A DNA stretch of 64,000 bases from Spironucleus salmonicida (GCF_000497125.1 NC_090602.1:806001-870000), one strand, 5' to 3'. Counted from the first letter of the stretch, positions 26,763-38,956 are shown. The notes: generated from the letters alone by a model not told the origin. Translations and numbers: made by a program.

Positions 26763-28976
26763 TCACTCAACATACAGTTCTAAACTTTCGCACAAATTAA
26801 ATGTACATCCAGTAATTCCTTAAAATCCTTTGAAATCCTTAATTAACTCTGCATAGCAGTCTCTTGCTTCCACCTCCCCCTAGTCCAACAGTTTTTTGCA
26901 ATAAGACGCCGCTTTCTTGCTCACAAACGAAAAAATAAACCCGACGCTTTTATTTTTCAATGGGGAGCTTTTAAGAGTGTGCAGCGATGCGAGATCGTTC
27001 GTCAACGACTATAAAGTTTTTATGCTAAGCCCAGACTCACACTTTTAAAGGCTGTCAACTACAGCAGTCAGAATCAAAATCTCCTTCGCAATCATCTATT
27101 CTTACTTCGTTTTGGCAGTAATAACCAGCGTCTAGGCCCCTTAGACCACACTTTTCAGATCTAGCTCTTTTTGAACGCACACCAAACTTGTCAGTGCCAA
27201 TTCTTGGTACCGCAAGGTGATCAGCTTCGGCGTGAAGTTCTCCACATTGAAGGGCAGCGACACGTGCCTCTTCAGCAGCTGCACGAAATTCTACGCTGGA
27301 AATTCCGGTAAAAGCGGGCGGAAGTCGATTTTGGAAACGAACTTGTCCAGAATATCCTAGTAAGCTGACTCGTAGTCTGGAATTACCTTCGTCTTTGGCG
27401 GGAACTGCCCTGCCAGCGCGGTTGGTGTAGGCGCCGGCGCCAACTCGGCGTACAAGTCATGCTGCAATTTGAGAGTTTCCGAGATCTCGGAGGGCGAATT
27501 CGGCAGGGCGCTATGGCTCTGCTAGGGCATGGCTGGCGCGAAGTCGATCAAATTCTACGGGGGAGCAGATGCGGGGTTTTAGGGAGTGAGATTATGATTT
27601 TACACATGTTAAGGACTCTGAACAGGCGCGAAGTCGAACAAGCTCTGCTGTGGTGCAGATGTGGGATTTTAGGGAGCGAAATTATGATTTTACACATGTT
27701 AAGGACTCTGAACAGGCGCGAAGTCGAACAAGCTCTGCTGTGGTGCAGATGCGGGGTTTTAGGGAGCGAAATTATGATTTTACACATGTTAAGGACTCTG
27801 AACAGGCGCGAAGTCGAACAAGCTCTGCTGTGGTGCAGATGCGGGGTTTTAGGGAGCGAAATTATGATTTTACACATGTTAAGGACTCTGAACAGGCGCA
27901 AAATCGAACAAATTCTACTGACATCCGGCCCCAGAGCCTTGCACACCTAAATTCGCATTCTAACCCCCCTAAATCTCTTAAACAACACCATTTTACACAT
28001 ACTAGCCCCCCTACAACATCCCCAGCAGCTCCACACAGCTCGGCCGGTCCACAGGGTCCTTCTGCAGGCAGGCGCGCACGACGCCCTTGAGCGCAGCGCT
28101 GTAGCGCATTACGTTCCTGCGCTCCGCGTACGGGCCGAGGTGCTCCACGGCCTCGTCCGGGAACTCGAAACGGGCGTTGAAATTCGCGAGAACCTCGCCC
28201 TCCGGGAACGGAAAACGGCCGTACATCAGCCGGAACACGGCGACCCCGATGGCGAAAACGTCGACTTTTCCCGTCACGTCGAACTTCGAGAGCAGGTTTA
28301 CGAGCTCCGGGGGGCGGTACTGCGGCGTCGTCGCGTTCTCGACCTCGGCCGCGAGGGCGTTGCGCAAACTCGCGTTCCCTATGAGTTCCATTCCCGTGTG
28401 GTGCAAATTTGTCGCGGAGCCGAAATCGCAGATTTTGACCTGGCCGTTGCGGAGGAGCATGTTCTCGAGCTTCGCGTCGCGATTTATGAAGCCGAGGGAG
28501 TGGATTTTGGCGAACGCGGCCGCGATTTGCGCGAAATAGGCGGTGATTTGCGCCTCCGGGAGCTCTTTCAGGCCGACCAGCTGCTGCTCGCATCGCTCCA
28601 TCACGTAGACGACGTTTGCGGGTCCACGGTAAGGCAGTTAGGATGTGTTTTGCATGATTGCGTTATCGACGATGAGCGCGTAAACTTGAACGACATTCGG
28701 GTGCTCGAAGGCGCGCTGGAGCTCGTACTCGGCGATAGCGGCCTGGAACTGCTCTGGAGACTGCGCAAACTGCTTCTTTACGAGGAATTGCGGGTCCGAG
28801 GTTTCGTACACGTTCGCGAACGAGCCCTGCGCCAGAAATTTGGTCACCTGCAGGTTGTGGTACGGCAGGAACGTGCCGATGAATGCGTCCTGCTGGATGG
28901 TTTTCGCTACTGTGGTCGTAATTTGCTGTTTTGCGGCAGAAATCAGCGAGGTTACTTTGGACTGAAATTGCCTCAT
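26763..28976 (-). CDS. NAK-family Ser/Thr kinase (AAK1/GAK/Ark1-like, 737 aa)
   Basis: LAQGSFANVY, NRDAKLEN, KICDFGSA, TTPQYRPPE, GKVDVFAIG, followed by Q/P-rich repeats and a helical C-terminus; ends GAGTGA. Confidence 0.9.
27535..27911. repeat. Coding 90-bp tandem repeat (about 4.2 copies) in the NAK kinase
   Basis: Minus strand encodes APVQSPQHVQNHNFAPQNPASAPQQSLFDF repeats with TAA=Gln. Confidence 0.95.
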
Positions 28977-29085
28977 TTGTGGAGTGACAAATTAAAGAGT
29001 GCTTATATATGATAATAGTAAATAATGGCAAATAATATAAATCAAAATTTTGGAATAATAGTTTATTTAAAAAAATCAAATTTAA

Positions 29086-29772
29086 TCATTTGGAAGGCTT
29101 GAACTGTTCAAGTAATTTCTTAGATACGGCCTGCTTAGCTTTGATGGCTACTCTCTTGGCGGTTCTGCGAGTGAAAGTTTTCTTGGTGACTAAACGCTGG
29201 ATCTTCTGGGTCTTGATATAAGTCTTACCAGACTTAGAGGTCTTAGTTCTACCTACTTCACGAGTAAGAGTTACAACTAAGTGGTGTTGATCAGCAGCAA
29301 GCTTGGAGTGGGGGATACCAAATAAACGTCTGAGCTTAGAAGCACGCTTGGGTAAGTGCTGTGCGGGTTTGTGTAAATTAGTAACACCTTCAACTGTCGT
29401 GTTACCAAAAGCAACTAGAGATACGTTAAGAGCATGGAGATCAGCACCAACGATGCAACCACGGATGGATTTTCTTCTCATTTGAGCAGTCTTACGTTCA
29501 CGGAAGCATGGGCGACCCTTGGAAAGAAGGAGACGGACACGCTGGTTCTTGAGAACACCCTACATCATAGGGAAACCCTAGGCATCGTTACCACCAGTAA
29601 TCTAAAGAGTGCAACCGACGAGTTCGGGGTCAACGAGAGAACCGTCAAACTGGGAAGAAATACGGAGACCGTGTAATTGTTAAACTTTACGGAAGTCTTC
29701 AATCTGGTAAGATTTAGCACCACCAGTAGAGGGGCATTGGACGTTAACCTTGCAGAATGAACCTTTGGGCAT
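29086..29772 (-). CDS. RPS6: 40S ribosomal protein eS6
   Basis: ITGGNDAQGFPMMQGVL, RKSIRGCIVGADL, LPKRASKLRRLF, KIQRLVT. Confidence 0.96.
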
Positions 29773-29885
29773 ACACGTGGAGTGGAAATAGAAAAATGAA
29801 ACGAACGAGAATAGGTATTTATATATGTATTATAGCTAGTCTTAATAATTATAAAAACTATTTAATAATATTATATGGCATATAT

Positions 29886-30200
29886 TCATTAGTTTAGTTA
29901 AATTTCTGGGAATTAACAACTCTCAACATTGACTACTCTACCACAAATACCAATTTGAGCACATGCGAAAGCAATCTCACTCTTATTGGATATACCATTC
30001 AAATATCCATATGAAAGAGCTTCTTGTGAAGATTTAGGGTGGTTTAATAAAGTTAGCTTAATTTTTTCGCTTAGTTCATCATTTAAGTTATAAAGAAAGG
30101 TAATTGCATTAGATATAGTAATTTCTTAATATTCACGAAGATTTTTTGTCTTAATAAGATTGGTAAGTTGGGCATATTCTTATTTAATTAAATTCTGCAT
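29886..30200 (-). CDS. Hypothetical 104-aa protein
   Basis: ATG-to-TGA ORF under TAR=Gln between RPS6 and RPS15A. Confidence 0.4.
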
Positions 30201-30368
30201 TTTAAAATCAGTTTAATTATATGATAATTTTGAAAATAAATAAAAATTACTAAAAATTCAAAAATATAATATAACATAAAATAGTGATACTAATTGATTA
30301 TGGGAGTCGACCTTGTCTCCATCAATTAGCAATATAGCCTCTATAAATGGTCATTTAAAATTAATTAA

Positions 30369-30761
30369 TCAGTAGAAATAGCCAATAACCTTACCACCTA
30401 TTTATTTCTTTTAGGCTTCGACGTGGTCCATAACACCTTGGGAGGTGGTAATAACTAAGTGGCCGAAGAGTCTAGAAGGAAGGAGGGAGGTTACCCACTT
30501 TTCAATCTCAGAGTTGGAGATATCAAATCTAGGAGAAATGACAGCAGCCTTATTAAGACGACCAATAAGGTTAATAACAACCTTACCACCACGCTGGTTA
30601 TCAAGATAAGTGAAATCAGCAATATAACCGTTGTTCTGCATGAGTTTCATGAATTCAATGAGAACCTTAGGAACGGGGGCGCAAACGCATTGACGCTTAC
30701 CAGCTTTTTAAGCATTGCAGATGGTCTTGAGAGCATCACGTAAGGGATTGCTGCGAGTCAT
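30369..30761 (-). CDS. RPS15A: 40S ribosomal protein uS8 (S15a)
   Basis: GRLNKAAVISPRFD, LLPSRLFG, TTSQGVMDH, GGKVIGYFY. Confidence 0.97.
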
Positions 30762-30909
30762 TCAAAATGAAGTGGAATAAAAAAATTAAATTAGAATTAT
30801 ATCCTTTATTTGTATATAATAATATATCTACGATTTAATTAATTTTATAATTTATTTACTATAATAAATTTAAAATTTTGACTTTCCTAAATCATCCACT
30901 CCTCAAACA

Positions 30910-32040
30910 ATGTCCGATACCGCGAACCTCCCGATAGTTATCGACAACGGTACAGGAATGTGCAAGGCCGGTTTCGCTGGTGATGACGCACCACGTGCCG
31001 TCTTCCCGGCAATCATAGGACGCCCCAAGCACCAGACCACCATGGTAGGCACCCAGGCCAAGACCGAGTACATCGGCGACGAAGCCCTCGCCAAGAAGGG
31101 CGTGCTCAAGCTCACCTATCCCATCGAGCACGGTTCCATCAAGGAGTGGGACGACATGAAGAAGATCTGGCACCACTGTTTCTTCAACGAGCTCCGCGTC
31201 GAGCCCAACGAGCACCCCGTACTACTCACCGAGGCCCCCAAGAACGCCAAGCAGAACAGGGAGCGCATGTGCCAGGTTATGTTTGACGAGTTCCAGGTCA
31301 AGGCCTTCTACGTCCAGATCCAGGCCGTCCTCGCGCTTTACTCCTCGGGTCGTACAACTGGTATCGTCCTAGACTCAGGAGACGGTGTCACTCACTCAGT
31401 TCCCATCTATGAAGGTTATTCTATGCCCCATGCCATCGGCAGACTCGACCTCGCCGGACGTGACCTCACCGACTGGTGCCAGGTATGTCTCCAGGACGCA
31501 GGTGTCGCCCTCACGACTTCTGCCGAGCTCGAAATTGTCAGACAGATCAAGGAGAACCTCTGCTTCGTCGCCCTCGATTACGAAGGTACCCTGCAGAAAG
31601 CCCAGGAGACTGACGAGTACGTGTCCCAGTACGAGCTTCCCGACGGTAACGTGATCAAGGTCAATGTTGCCCGCTTTAAAGCTCCTGAGCTTCTCTTCAA
31701 ACCAGAGCTTCAGGGCAAGGAGATGGATGGTATCCACCAGCTCACCTTCAAGTCTATCCAGAAGTGCGATATCGACATCAGGTCAGACCTCTACACGAAT
31801 GTAGTCCTTTCCGGCGGATCAACCATGTACAAGGGCCTGCCAGAACGTCTTGAGAAAGAGCTTTAGGAACTCGTACCCTCAGGCAAGAAGGTCAAGATCA
31901 CCGCCCAATAGGACAGGAAGTACTCCGTCTTCGCAGGTGGCTCCATCCTCTCCTCCCTCTCCACCTTTGAGAACATGTGGATCACCAAGGCCGAGTACGA
32001 GGAGACCGGTGCCGTCATTGCCAACAGGAAATGTATGTGA
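30910..32040 (+). CDS. ACT: Actin, copy 1 (376 aa)
   Basis: [22 protein letters not shown]; two TAG read as Gln complete the protein to WITKAEYEE...RKCM. Confidence 0.99.
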
Positions 32041-32062
32041 TATGCTTTTGATTCACTTCACC

Positions 32063-32336
32063 ATGAAGGTGCTATAGAATAAGATCACTACTTCTGGATC
32101 TCTATAATGCAAAGCAACCATCACTTATACTAATCTATTATCGACTGAATTTCCTCTGATGTAGGATCTAAAATAAACTATGGCAGTTTAAAAATATCAA
32201 TCTATCCTAACATATCATCTTTAACTTAATTTTAAATAGCTTACTGATATTCTTCTTTTTCTTAAATTTAAAATATTTATCTGGCAATTAACTGTTACTG
32301 TTAATTAGATGTTGTATTATTCATCATCGAAATGAG
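32063..32336 (+). CDS. Hypothetical protein (about 90 aa; end approximate)
   Basis: TCACTTC leader then MKVLQNKITT...; its first codons are duplicated and truncated beside actin copy 2. Confidence 0.3.
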
Positions 32337-32435
32337 TTTATTGATCATTCTCGAAATATAAAAATAATTATATAATTTAATTATATATTATTCATGCATC
32401 AATTAAAAACAAATTATAATTTCCACTTCTTTGGA

Positions 32436-32843
32436 ATGTCCGTTTACGATGTTGATTACCGCGTTTTCATTTCTTCTCTTGCCCAGAAGCTCAAATCCGA
32501 TAACAAGCTTTAACAACCTGCTTGGACTCACTTCGTCAAGACCTCTGTATCTCGTCAGATTGCCCCTGAAGAATAGAACTGGTATTACGTCCGTGCCGCT
32601 GCTATCCTCAGACGTATTTACTGTTAAGGTCCATTAGGTATCACTGACTTAAAGGTTGCTTTTGGTAACGAGAAATAATCATGTGTTATCCCCAGCCATT
32701 TCACTAAGGCTTCTGGTAAGATCATCCGTATTATCTGCCAGGACTTAGCCAAAATGAACATCATCAAGACTACCAAAGAAGGTCGTACCTTGACTGATAA
32801 TGGCAAGAAGACTCTTGACTAGTTCGCCGCTCAGCTTAAGTGA
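32436..32843 (+). CDS. RPS19: 40S ribosomal protein eS19
   Basis: MSVYDVD, QIAPEEQNWYYVRAAAILRRIY, KASGKIIR, GRTLTDNGKKTLD. Confidence 0.96.
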
Positions 32844-33092
32844 AAAATTAATTCCTAAAATTCGAACAACACCCGTTTCGAGAGAAGAGTCCCTTCTAAA
32901 TTAAATATTTATTATATTAATATTTTCTATAGCCTTTTTAATTATTAAAAGTTATTTAGATAAGTTTTGGTAACAATTTTTTTGTAGATCCTATCTTTCC
33001 AGAATTCAAACTCTTTAATTATACTAGTTTTTTCTGTAAGCTCTTATTATTATATAATAATTATTATTTGAACCACTCCATATAAGATAAAA

Positions 33093-33452
33093 ATGCAATC
33101 CCTATAATGGCAGTTGAAGTCAATTGAAGAGGCTGAGTTAATTGCAGATGCAATTTCTTCCTAATTTTAACCTAAAGAATCTGATATTTTACAAAAGAAA
33201 ATAATTAATGAAAATACAACAACTTCGCTTCATTTAGACAATAATTTCAGCCTTAAAATGGATATTTAGGACGTAAGGATACAATTAGAAGCTTAATTCG
33301 GTATTTAAAATAATGAAATAGTTTACGAAGTTCCAGCCAAAAACTTACTTAAAATGCAACTTAAAAGAAGCAAAAAGTTACAAAAGTTTGTTTTAGGAGC
33401 TGTTGGATTGGGATCAGGGCTCTTAGGGCTCTTGGGATATCTACTTAAGTGA
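33093..33452 (+). CDS. Hypothetical tail-anchored protein (119 aa)
   Basis: CCACTCC leader, C-terminal hydrophobic FVLGAVGLGSGLLGLLGYLLK, ends AAGTGA. Confidence 0.6.
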
Positions 33453-33591
33453 TGAATTGTTTTATTATATGTCTAATGTATAACTAATTATATTTAATTT
33501 TTTATTATTCAAGTATTTTATCCTTATATTATATATTATAAATTATATAAATAATTTAATTTAAATTTTTATTACCACTCCCTGTGGTTAA

Positions 33592-34410
33592 ATGGAAAAA
33601 CGTACCAAATCTGAAAAGATGGAATGGAGACAGACGTATAACGAAAAACTCGACAAGCTTTTTACTTCTTATAGCAAAATCCTTATCGTAAGCGCCGATA
33701 ATATACGTTCCAACTAAATATCCCGCATCAGACGTGCCCTTCGTAACAAGGCTGAACTTATTTTCGGTAAGAAGACTCTCATGGAAAGATATCTTAAGTC
33801 TCAGTCAAATGAGGAACTTAAGCAGCTCCTTCCTTACATCAAACTCAACATTGGTCTCATCTTCACTAATGGCGAATACAAGGATATTACCACGGCCTTT
33901 GAGGAATCTAAGCGTAAAGCTGGTGCTAAGCCAGGTATGATCGCACCCTCTGAAGTAGTTATTTAGCCTATGCTTACTACTATGGGCCCTGATCAGCATT
34001 CCTTCTTCGCATCCCTTTCTATTGATACTAAGATCAACAAGGGTAAGATTGAAATCACCAATACTGTTCATTTAGTCAATAAAGGTGATATCGTTTCTCC
34101 TTCTCATGCTACTCTTTTAAACAAGCTTGAAATTGAACCTTTTTACTATCAGATGGAAGCCGTTTTAGTTTACGATAATGGTCAGATCTTCGATGCCTCA
34201 ATCCTCAATGTTGATGACGAAGTTATGTAAAAGAAGTGGAATACCGGTCTCGAATTCTTCGTTTCTGCTGCCCTTGGTGCTAACATCGCAGTTTTGCCTG
34301 CTATTCCTCATATCATGATCGACTCCATGAAGACTCTTATGGGTGTTGGTGCTGAATGTGGTATGGACCAGATTGCTCAGGTCAAACGTATCATGGCTCT
34401 TCTTAAGTGA
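33592..34410 (+). CDS. RPLP0: 60S stalk protein uL10 (P0), 272 aa, lacking acidic C-terminal tail
   Basis: ADNIRSNQISRIRRALR, FGKKT, NIGLIFT, AKPGMIAP, MGPDQHSFFASLSIDTKINKGKIEI. Confidence 0.92.
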
Positions 34411-34534
34411 TCAACTAATTTTATCAGTTTAATATATGTTTTGTATGTATCAAAATCTTAATGCTCAATTATGATATATGCATCTAATTATCTCGTATAT
34501 TATAAGTTTTTCTTTCAAAATTTTCCTTCCAAGT

Positions 34535-34810
34535 ATGACTTTACCATCGTATCATACGTCTTACTATCACAACTACACGATCTTTAATCGACCTCCACCA
34601 TAATTAATTCATAAAAATTTAAAAAATATGGTAGATCCTTTTCCTGATTCTTTTTGGTCCTCGTTTTCAGCACATAAAGATTGCCGAACATTTGCCTATT
34701 AGTTAGATAGAACACATCCAATTCGATTTAATGAGTAAAAAAGACTATCATCGTCAATAGGAACATCAGAACCCTTTAGGCCATCCAAATTTAGAGGGAA
34801 ATACGACTGA
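34535..34810 (+). CDS. Hypothetical 91-aa protein
   Basis: Pyrimidine-rich leader; open to TGA; convergent with the next gene. Confidence 0.4.
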
Positions 34811-34821
34811 AGTAGCAAATA

Positions 34822-35490
34822 TCACTGATCTTCTGGGTAAATCCCAAAAACAATTTCGTCATCAGTCTCTTCTTAACAAGCCCGACTTTAATAAACCTCA
34901 CTTCTCATTTCCTCGACTCCAAGCTTTACTTATCCAACATTTTTATTTATTTGGTTAATAAGAATATACAATTAAGCACTTTCGAGTTATTATTATTTAA
35001 GCTCATTTTTAACGTCTAGCATCTCTTCTTGAATATTTTTTATACGTTTATTTGAATTATTTAATTGAGATGCTAAATTATCAATAATTGTACGAAGTGC
35101 TGTATTAGATATCTGATTTTTAAAATTATTAACTTCAATTTTTACAGTTTCGAGTTCTTTTAATACTGTTAACTGATTCAGCTAATTAACATCTAGAAGT
35201 TAACTAATTTGCTGCGAAAAATCCAAAGACAGTTTAGAAATTTTTGCCTTAATGTGTTTATTTAAAGCATTAAGATTATCATCTAACTGACTTTAGTTTT
35301 CTAAAATCAATGAGAAATCATCAGATTTTGGTTGAGAGCTAATGAGTGAGTTGAGTAAAATGGAGTTATTTTCTGCAAATAATTTGTTGAATTTAGGTTT
35401 TGCTTTCTCTTAAAAATTAGTTGTTAATGTAGATGGGGTAGATAAATGGTCTTATTTATTATGTTTTTAAAGTTTCCTAGGAGACTTCAT
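34822..35490 (-). CDS. Hypothetical coiled-coil protein (222 aa)
   Basis: GCACTTT leader, ends CAGTGA. Confidence 0.55.
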
Positions 35491-35579
35491 TTTTTGGAAA
35501 AAGTGCTATGAGCAATATATTAGCAATATAATTGTTTTAATATATTGTATTTCAAATTTTCAATTCCACTCCACTGTGG

Positions 35580-35825
35580 ATGAACGTTGATCTCCTCTAT
35601 CCTTTAGCCAACCTTGAAGCATAGAAACACAAATCAAAGCGTCTCGTAGGTACCCCAAATACACGTTTCATTGAAATCCTTTGCAAGTGTAACGGTATGA
35701 CTAACACATTTACCCATGCCAAGTCTATTGTATGCTGCTCTAAGTGCAAGCGTACTCTTCTTGTACCTAAGTCTGGTAAGGCTAAGTAAACCTCAGAAGT
35801 ATCTAAGATCCGTGCCTTAGAATGA
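35580..35825 (+). CDS. RPS27: 40S ribosomal protein eS27
   Basis: DLLYP...KHKSKRLVGTPN...CKC...FTHA...CSKC...PKSGKAK. Confidence 0.93.
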
Positions 35826-35864
35826 TTAAATACTGAATATAATTAAGTTTTAAATAAAATAAGA

Positions 35865-36218
35865 TCATTTAGTACCACCTAAACAGGGTTGCATTAATTT
35901 TTTAGCACTCCCAATAAACCATCCGACCCCTTTGCCTATCAAATTTTTAGTCCTTGTAATTTATGATAACTCTTCCAATGCCGTATCCTTTTATATAGTT
36001 TTTTCTCCATATCTCTTTATATTTAATGCAAATCCGTTGAAAATAGTACCATCGAGTAATAAAGGATTATTTATACTTCCTGCAAATTCAATAATTACTT
36101 CATATGGAGATTAGCTTGTTAATATTGTAAACTCAAGGATATCTCCACAAAAGTCAAAAAACTCACGCATATCACTTTCTTTTAATTCAGTCTCAGATGA
36201 TACAATTATTTTTCCCAT
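35865..36218 (-). CDS. RRM-like protein (117 aa)
   Basis: ESDMREFFDFCGDI...VIIEF...LLLDGTIF; CCACTCC leader. Confidence 0.7.
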
Positions 36219-36269
36219 TTTGGTAGAGGAGTGGCGCTTAATTTATATTATAAAAATGTATATTATTAA

Positions 36270-36425
36270 TCATTTTAACTATTCTTGATTAACTTATTCA
36301 TCCTTGTGGCATACAACTTCCCCTAATTTGTTATAGTAACATTCTTACGAGTCATCTGGGCCGTCTGTACCTAGGCAGATAATAATTCCATCCTATGTTT
36401 CCACACATTTTGGTTAAACGTCCAT
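36270..36425 (-). CDS. Small acidic 51-aa peptide with four Cys
   Basis: MDVQPKCVETQDGIIICLG...ECYYNKLGEVVCHKDE; locally higher GC than its flanks. Confidence 0.4.
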
Positions 36426-36677
36426 TTTTAATGACAGTTGATTTTTACAAAGTAATAATATTGTATAAATTATTAGATATGCCACAATTTAGTGATTAAA
36501 AGTATACATAAGTAATTTTTTGTATTAGTTAGTTTAATAATTTAGTATGTTTAAAAAATTAAAAATAATAAGATATGTCTAGTAAAAACAGCAATAGTAA
36601 TCAAGTTTTATGATAAATATAATATCTTTTTATACATAATAAAAGTGTCAGGTAGCCACAGCGCTCTATAGACTGGG

Positions 36678-36956
36678 CCAACGACTGCCGGGCGATGTAA
36701 AATATAATTGGAAGCTATGCTGCGGTTGGTGGCCTCAGGAAAGCAATTTCGCGAGTCATTATCCACAGGTAATTTAACAGTCCTCCTAGGGCACAACCCA
36801 CGCTGGCGGGTTGCTTAGCAGAAGGCTGATGATTGACAATGAAGTGGAAATAGAATATCGATATCGGTTAGGGGTAATATTATATATATATATATATATA
36901 CGCCCAAAATTCAACACTCACTTCATCCGACCCTCGAAGTACCGAGCCCAGTACTC
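36678..36956. repeat. Inverted duplication arm B2
   Basis: Reverse complement of 23814-24090. Confidence 0.95.
36713..36831 (-). ncRNA. Candidate box H/ACA snoRNA, copy 2
   Basis: Same sequence as 23937-24055 on the opposite strand. Confidence 0.6.
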
Positions 36957-37017
36957 CAAGATGTCTCTCATTCATATATTCTATAGCGCCTTCATGGTGA
37001 AGTGAATCAAAAGCATA

Positions 37018-38148
37018 TCACATACATTTCCTGTTGGCAATGACGGCACCGGTCTCCTCGTACTCGGCCTTGGTGATCCACATGTTCTCAAAGGTGGAGA
37101 GGGAGGAGAGGATGGAGCCACCTGCGAAGACGGAGTACTTCCTGTCCTATTGGGCGGTGATCTTGACCTTCTTGCCTGAGGGTACGAGTTCCTAAAGCTC
37201 TTTCTCAAGACGTTCTGGCAGGCCCTTGTACATGGTTGATCCGCCGGAAAGGACTACATTCGTGTAGAGGTCTGACCTGATGTCGATATCGCACTTCTGG
37301 ATAGACTTGAAGGTGAGCTGGTGGATACCATCCATCTCCTTGCCCTGAAGCTCTGGTTTGAAGAGAAGCTCAGGAGCTTTAAAGCGGGCAACATTGACCT
37401 TGATCACGTTACCGTCGGGAAGCTCGTACTGGGACACGTACTCGTCAGTCTCCTGGGCTTTCTGCAGGGTACCTTCGTAATCGAGGGCGACGAAGCAGAG
37501 GTTCTCCTTGATCTGTCTGACAATTTCGAGCTCGGCAGAAGTCGTGAGGGCGACACCTGCGTCCTGGAGACATACCTGGCACCAGTCGGTGAGGTCACGT
37601 CCGGCGAGGTCGAGTCTGCCGATGGCATGGGGCATAGAATAACCTTCATAGATGGGAACTGAGTGAGTGACACCGTCTCCTGAGTCTAGGACGATACCAG
37701 TTGTACGACCCGAGGAGTAAAGCGCGAGGACGGCCTGGATCTGGACGTAGAAGGCCTTGACCTGGAACTCGTCAAACATAACCTGGCACATGCGCTCCCT
37801 GTTCTGCTTGGCGTTCTTGGGGGCCTCGGTGAGTAGTACGGGGTGCTCGTTGGGCTCGACGCGGAGCTCGTTGAAGAAACAGTGGTGCCAGATCTTCTTC
37901 ATGTCGTCCCACTCCTTGATGGAACCGTGCTCGATGGGATAGGTGAGCTTGAGCACGCCCTTCTTGGCGAGGGCTTCGTCGCCGATGTACTCGGTCTTGG
38001 CCTGGGTGCCTACCATGGTGGTCTGGTGCTTGGGGCGTCCTATGATTGCCGGGAAGACGGCACGTGGTGCGTCATCACCAGCGAAACCGGCCTTGCACAT
38101 TCCTGTACCGTTGTCGATAACTATCGGGAGGTTCGCGGTATCGGACAT
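37018..38148 (-). CDS. ACT: Actin, copy 2 (same translation; arms 30896-32081 and 36977-38162)
   Basis: Identical protein text to copy 1 in the ORF track, in inverted orientation. Confidence 0.99.
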
Positions 38149-38335
38149 TGTTTGAGGAGTGGGAATGCGATATGATTTATTATATGGTTATTATATAATA
38201 ATATTATATTTTATTTTTACGAATCAATATTACGCTAAAAATTAACTTAAAAACAATAAGTTATATATATTATATACTAAATAATACTTTTTAATTTCTA
38301 CTTCCCTTAAACAAAAAAACTATTATTATACAATA

Positions 38336-38956
38336 TCATTCGGTTATAAGTTTATATTTATAATTCTGGAAACTAGCTAAATCGATATGTTTACTTGGGA
38401 GCTTGACTGCAATAACATTCTTATCGGTCTAGGACACCCTATAGCACTTGCACTTCTCTGCAGCCAAACTGACATCCGCAAAGTTCTGATTGAAGACGAA
38501 AACTGCCTTTTTCCAGTCGTTTTTCTTCATAAAACTCTTGAAATCGTAAGAATTTTTCGGCAATTTCGCAGCGAATTCAATTTTTGGCTCTTTAGTAAAG
38601 GTTATGCTAAATTATTCAGGCTCATTTTGTGGTTTTTGGCAGGACTTTTGCATCCTTTGCCTGATAAAATTGCCAACAAACTCCTTCGCAGAGCCGTTGA
38701 AGGCTTCGAATTTCGCGGTGCTTGGCACATCCGCGAGCTTGCTGAATTTTTCCCTGTGCTTTTCGTTAAAAATGACCTGCTTTAGACCGAAAATATGATT
38801 CAAAATTGACTTTTCGCTCTAATCCGGATTTTCGATTTAGTAGCCCTTTTGTGGGAGCTACACGACTAATTTTGCGTCTTGAAAGTCTATAGCGACGATC
38901 GCCAGCGAAAAAGGTATCTAAATCTATGATATTTCACCTGCCTGGATACGCTACAT
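38336..38956 (-). CDS. Hypothetical 206-aa protein with Cys-rich C-terminus
   Basis: CCACTTC leader; open with TAR=Gln; CGCQFGC...CYC near the end. Confidence 0.55.

Noticed and set aside
27459-27950. Plus-strand and alternative-frame repeat ORFs
   Set aside because: Shadows of the minus-strand NAK kinase frame, which is continuous under TAR=Gln.
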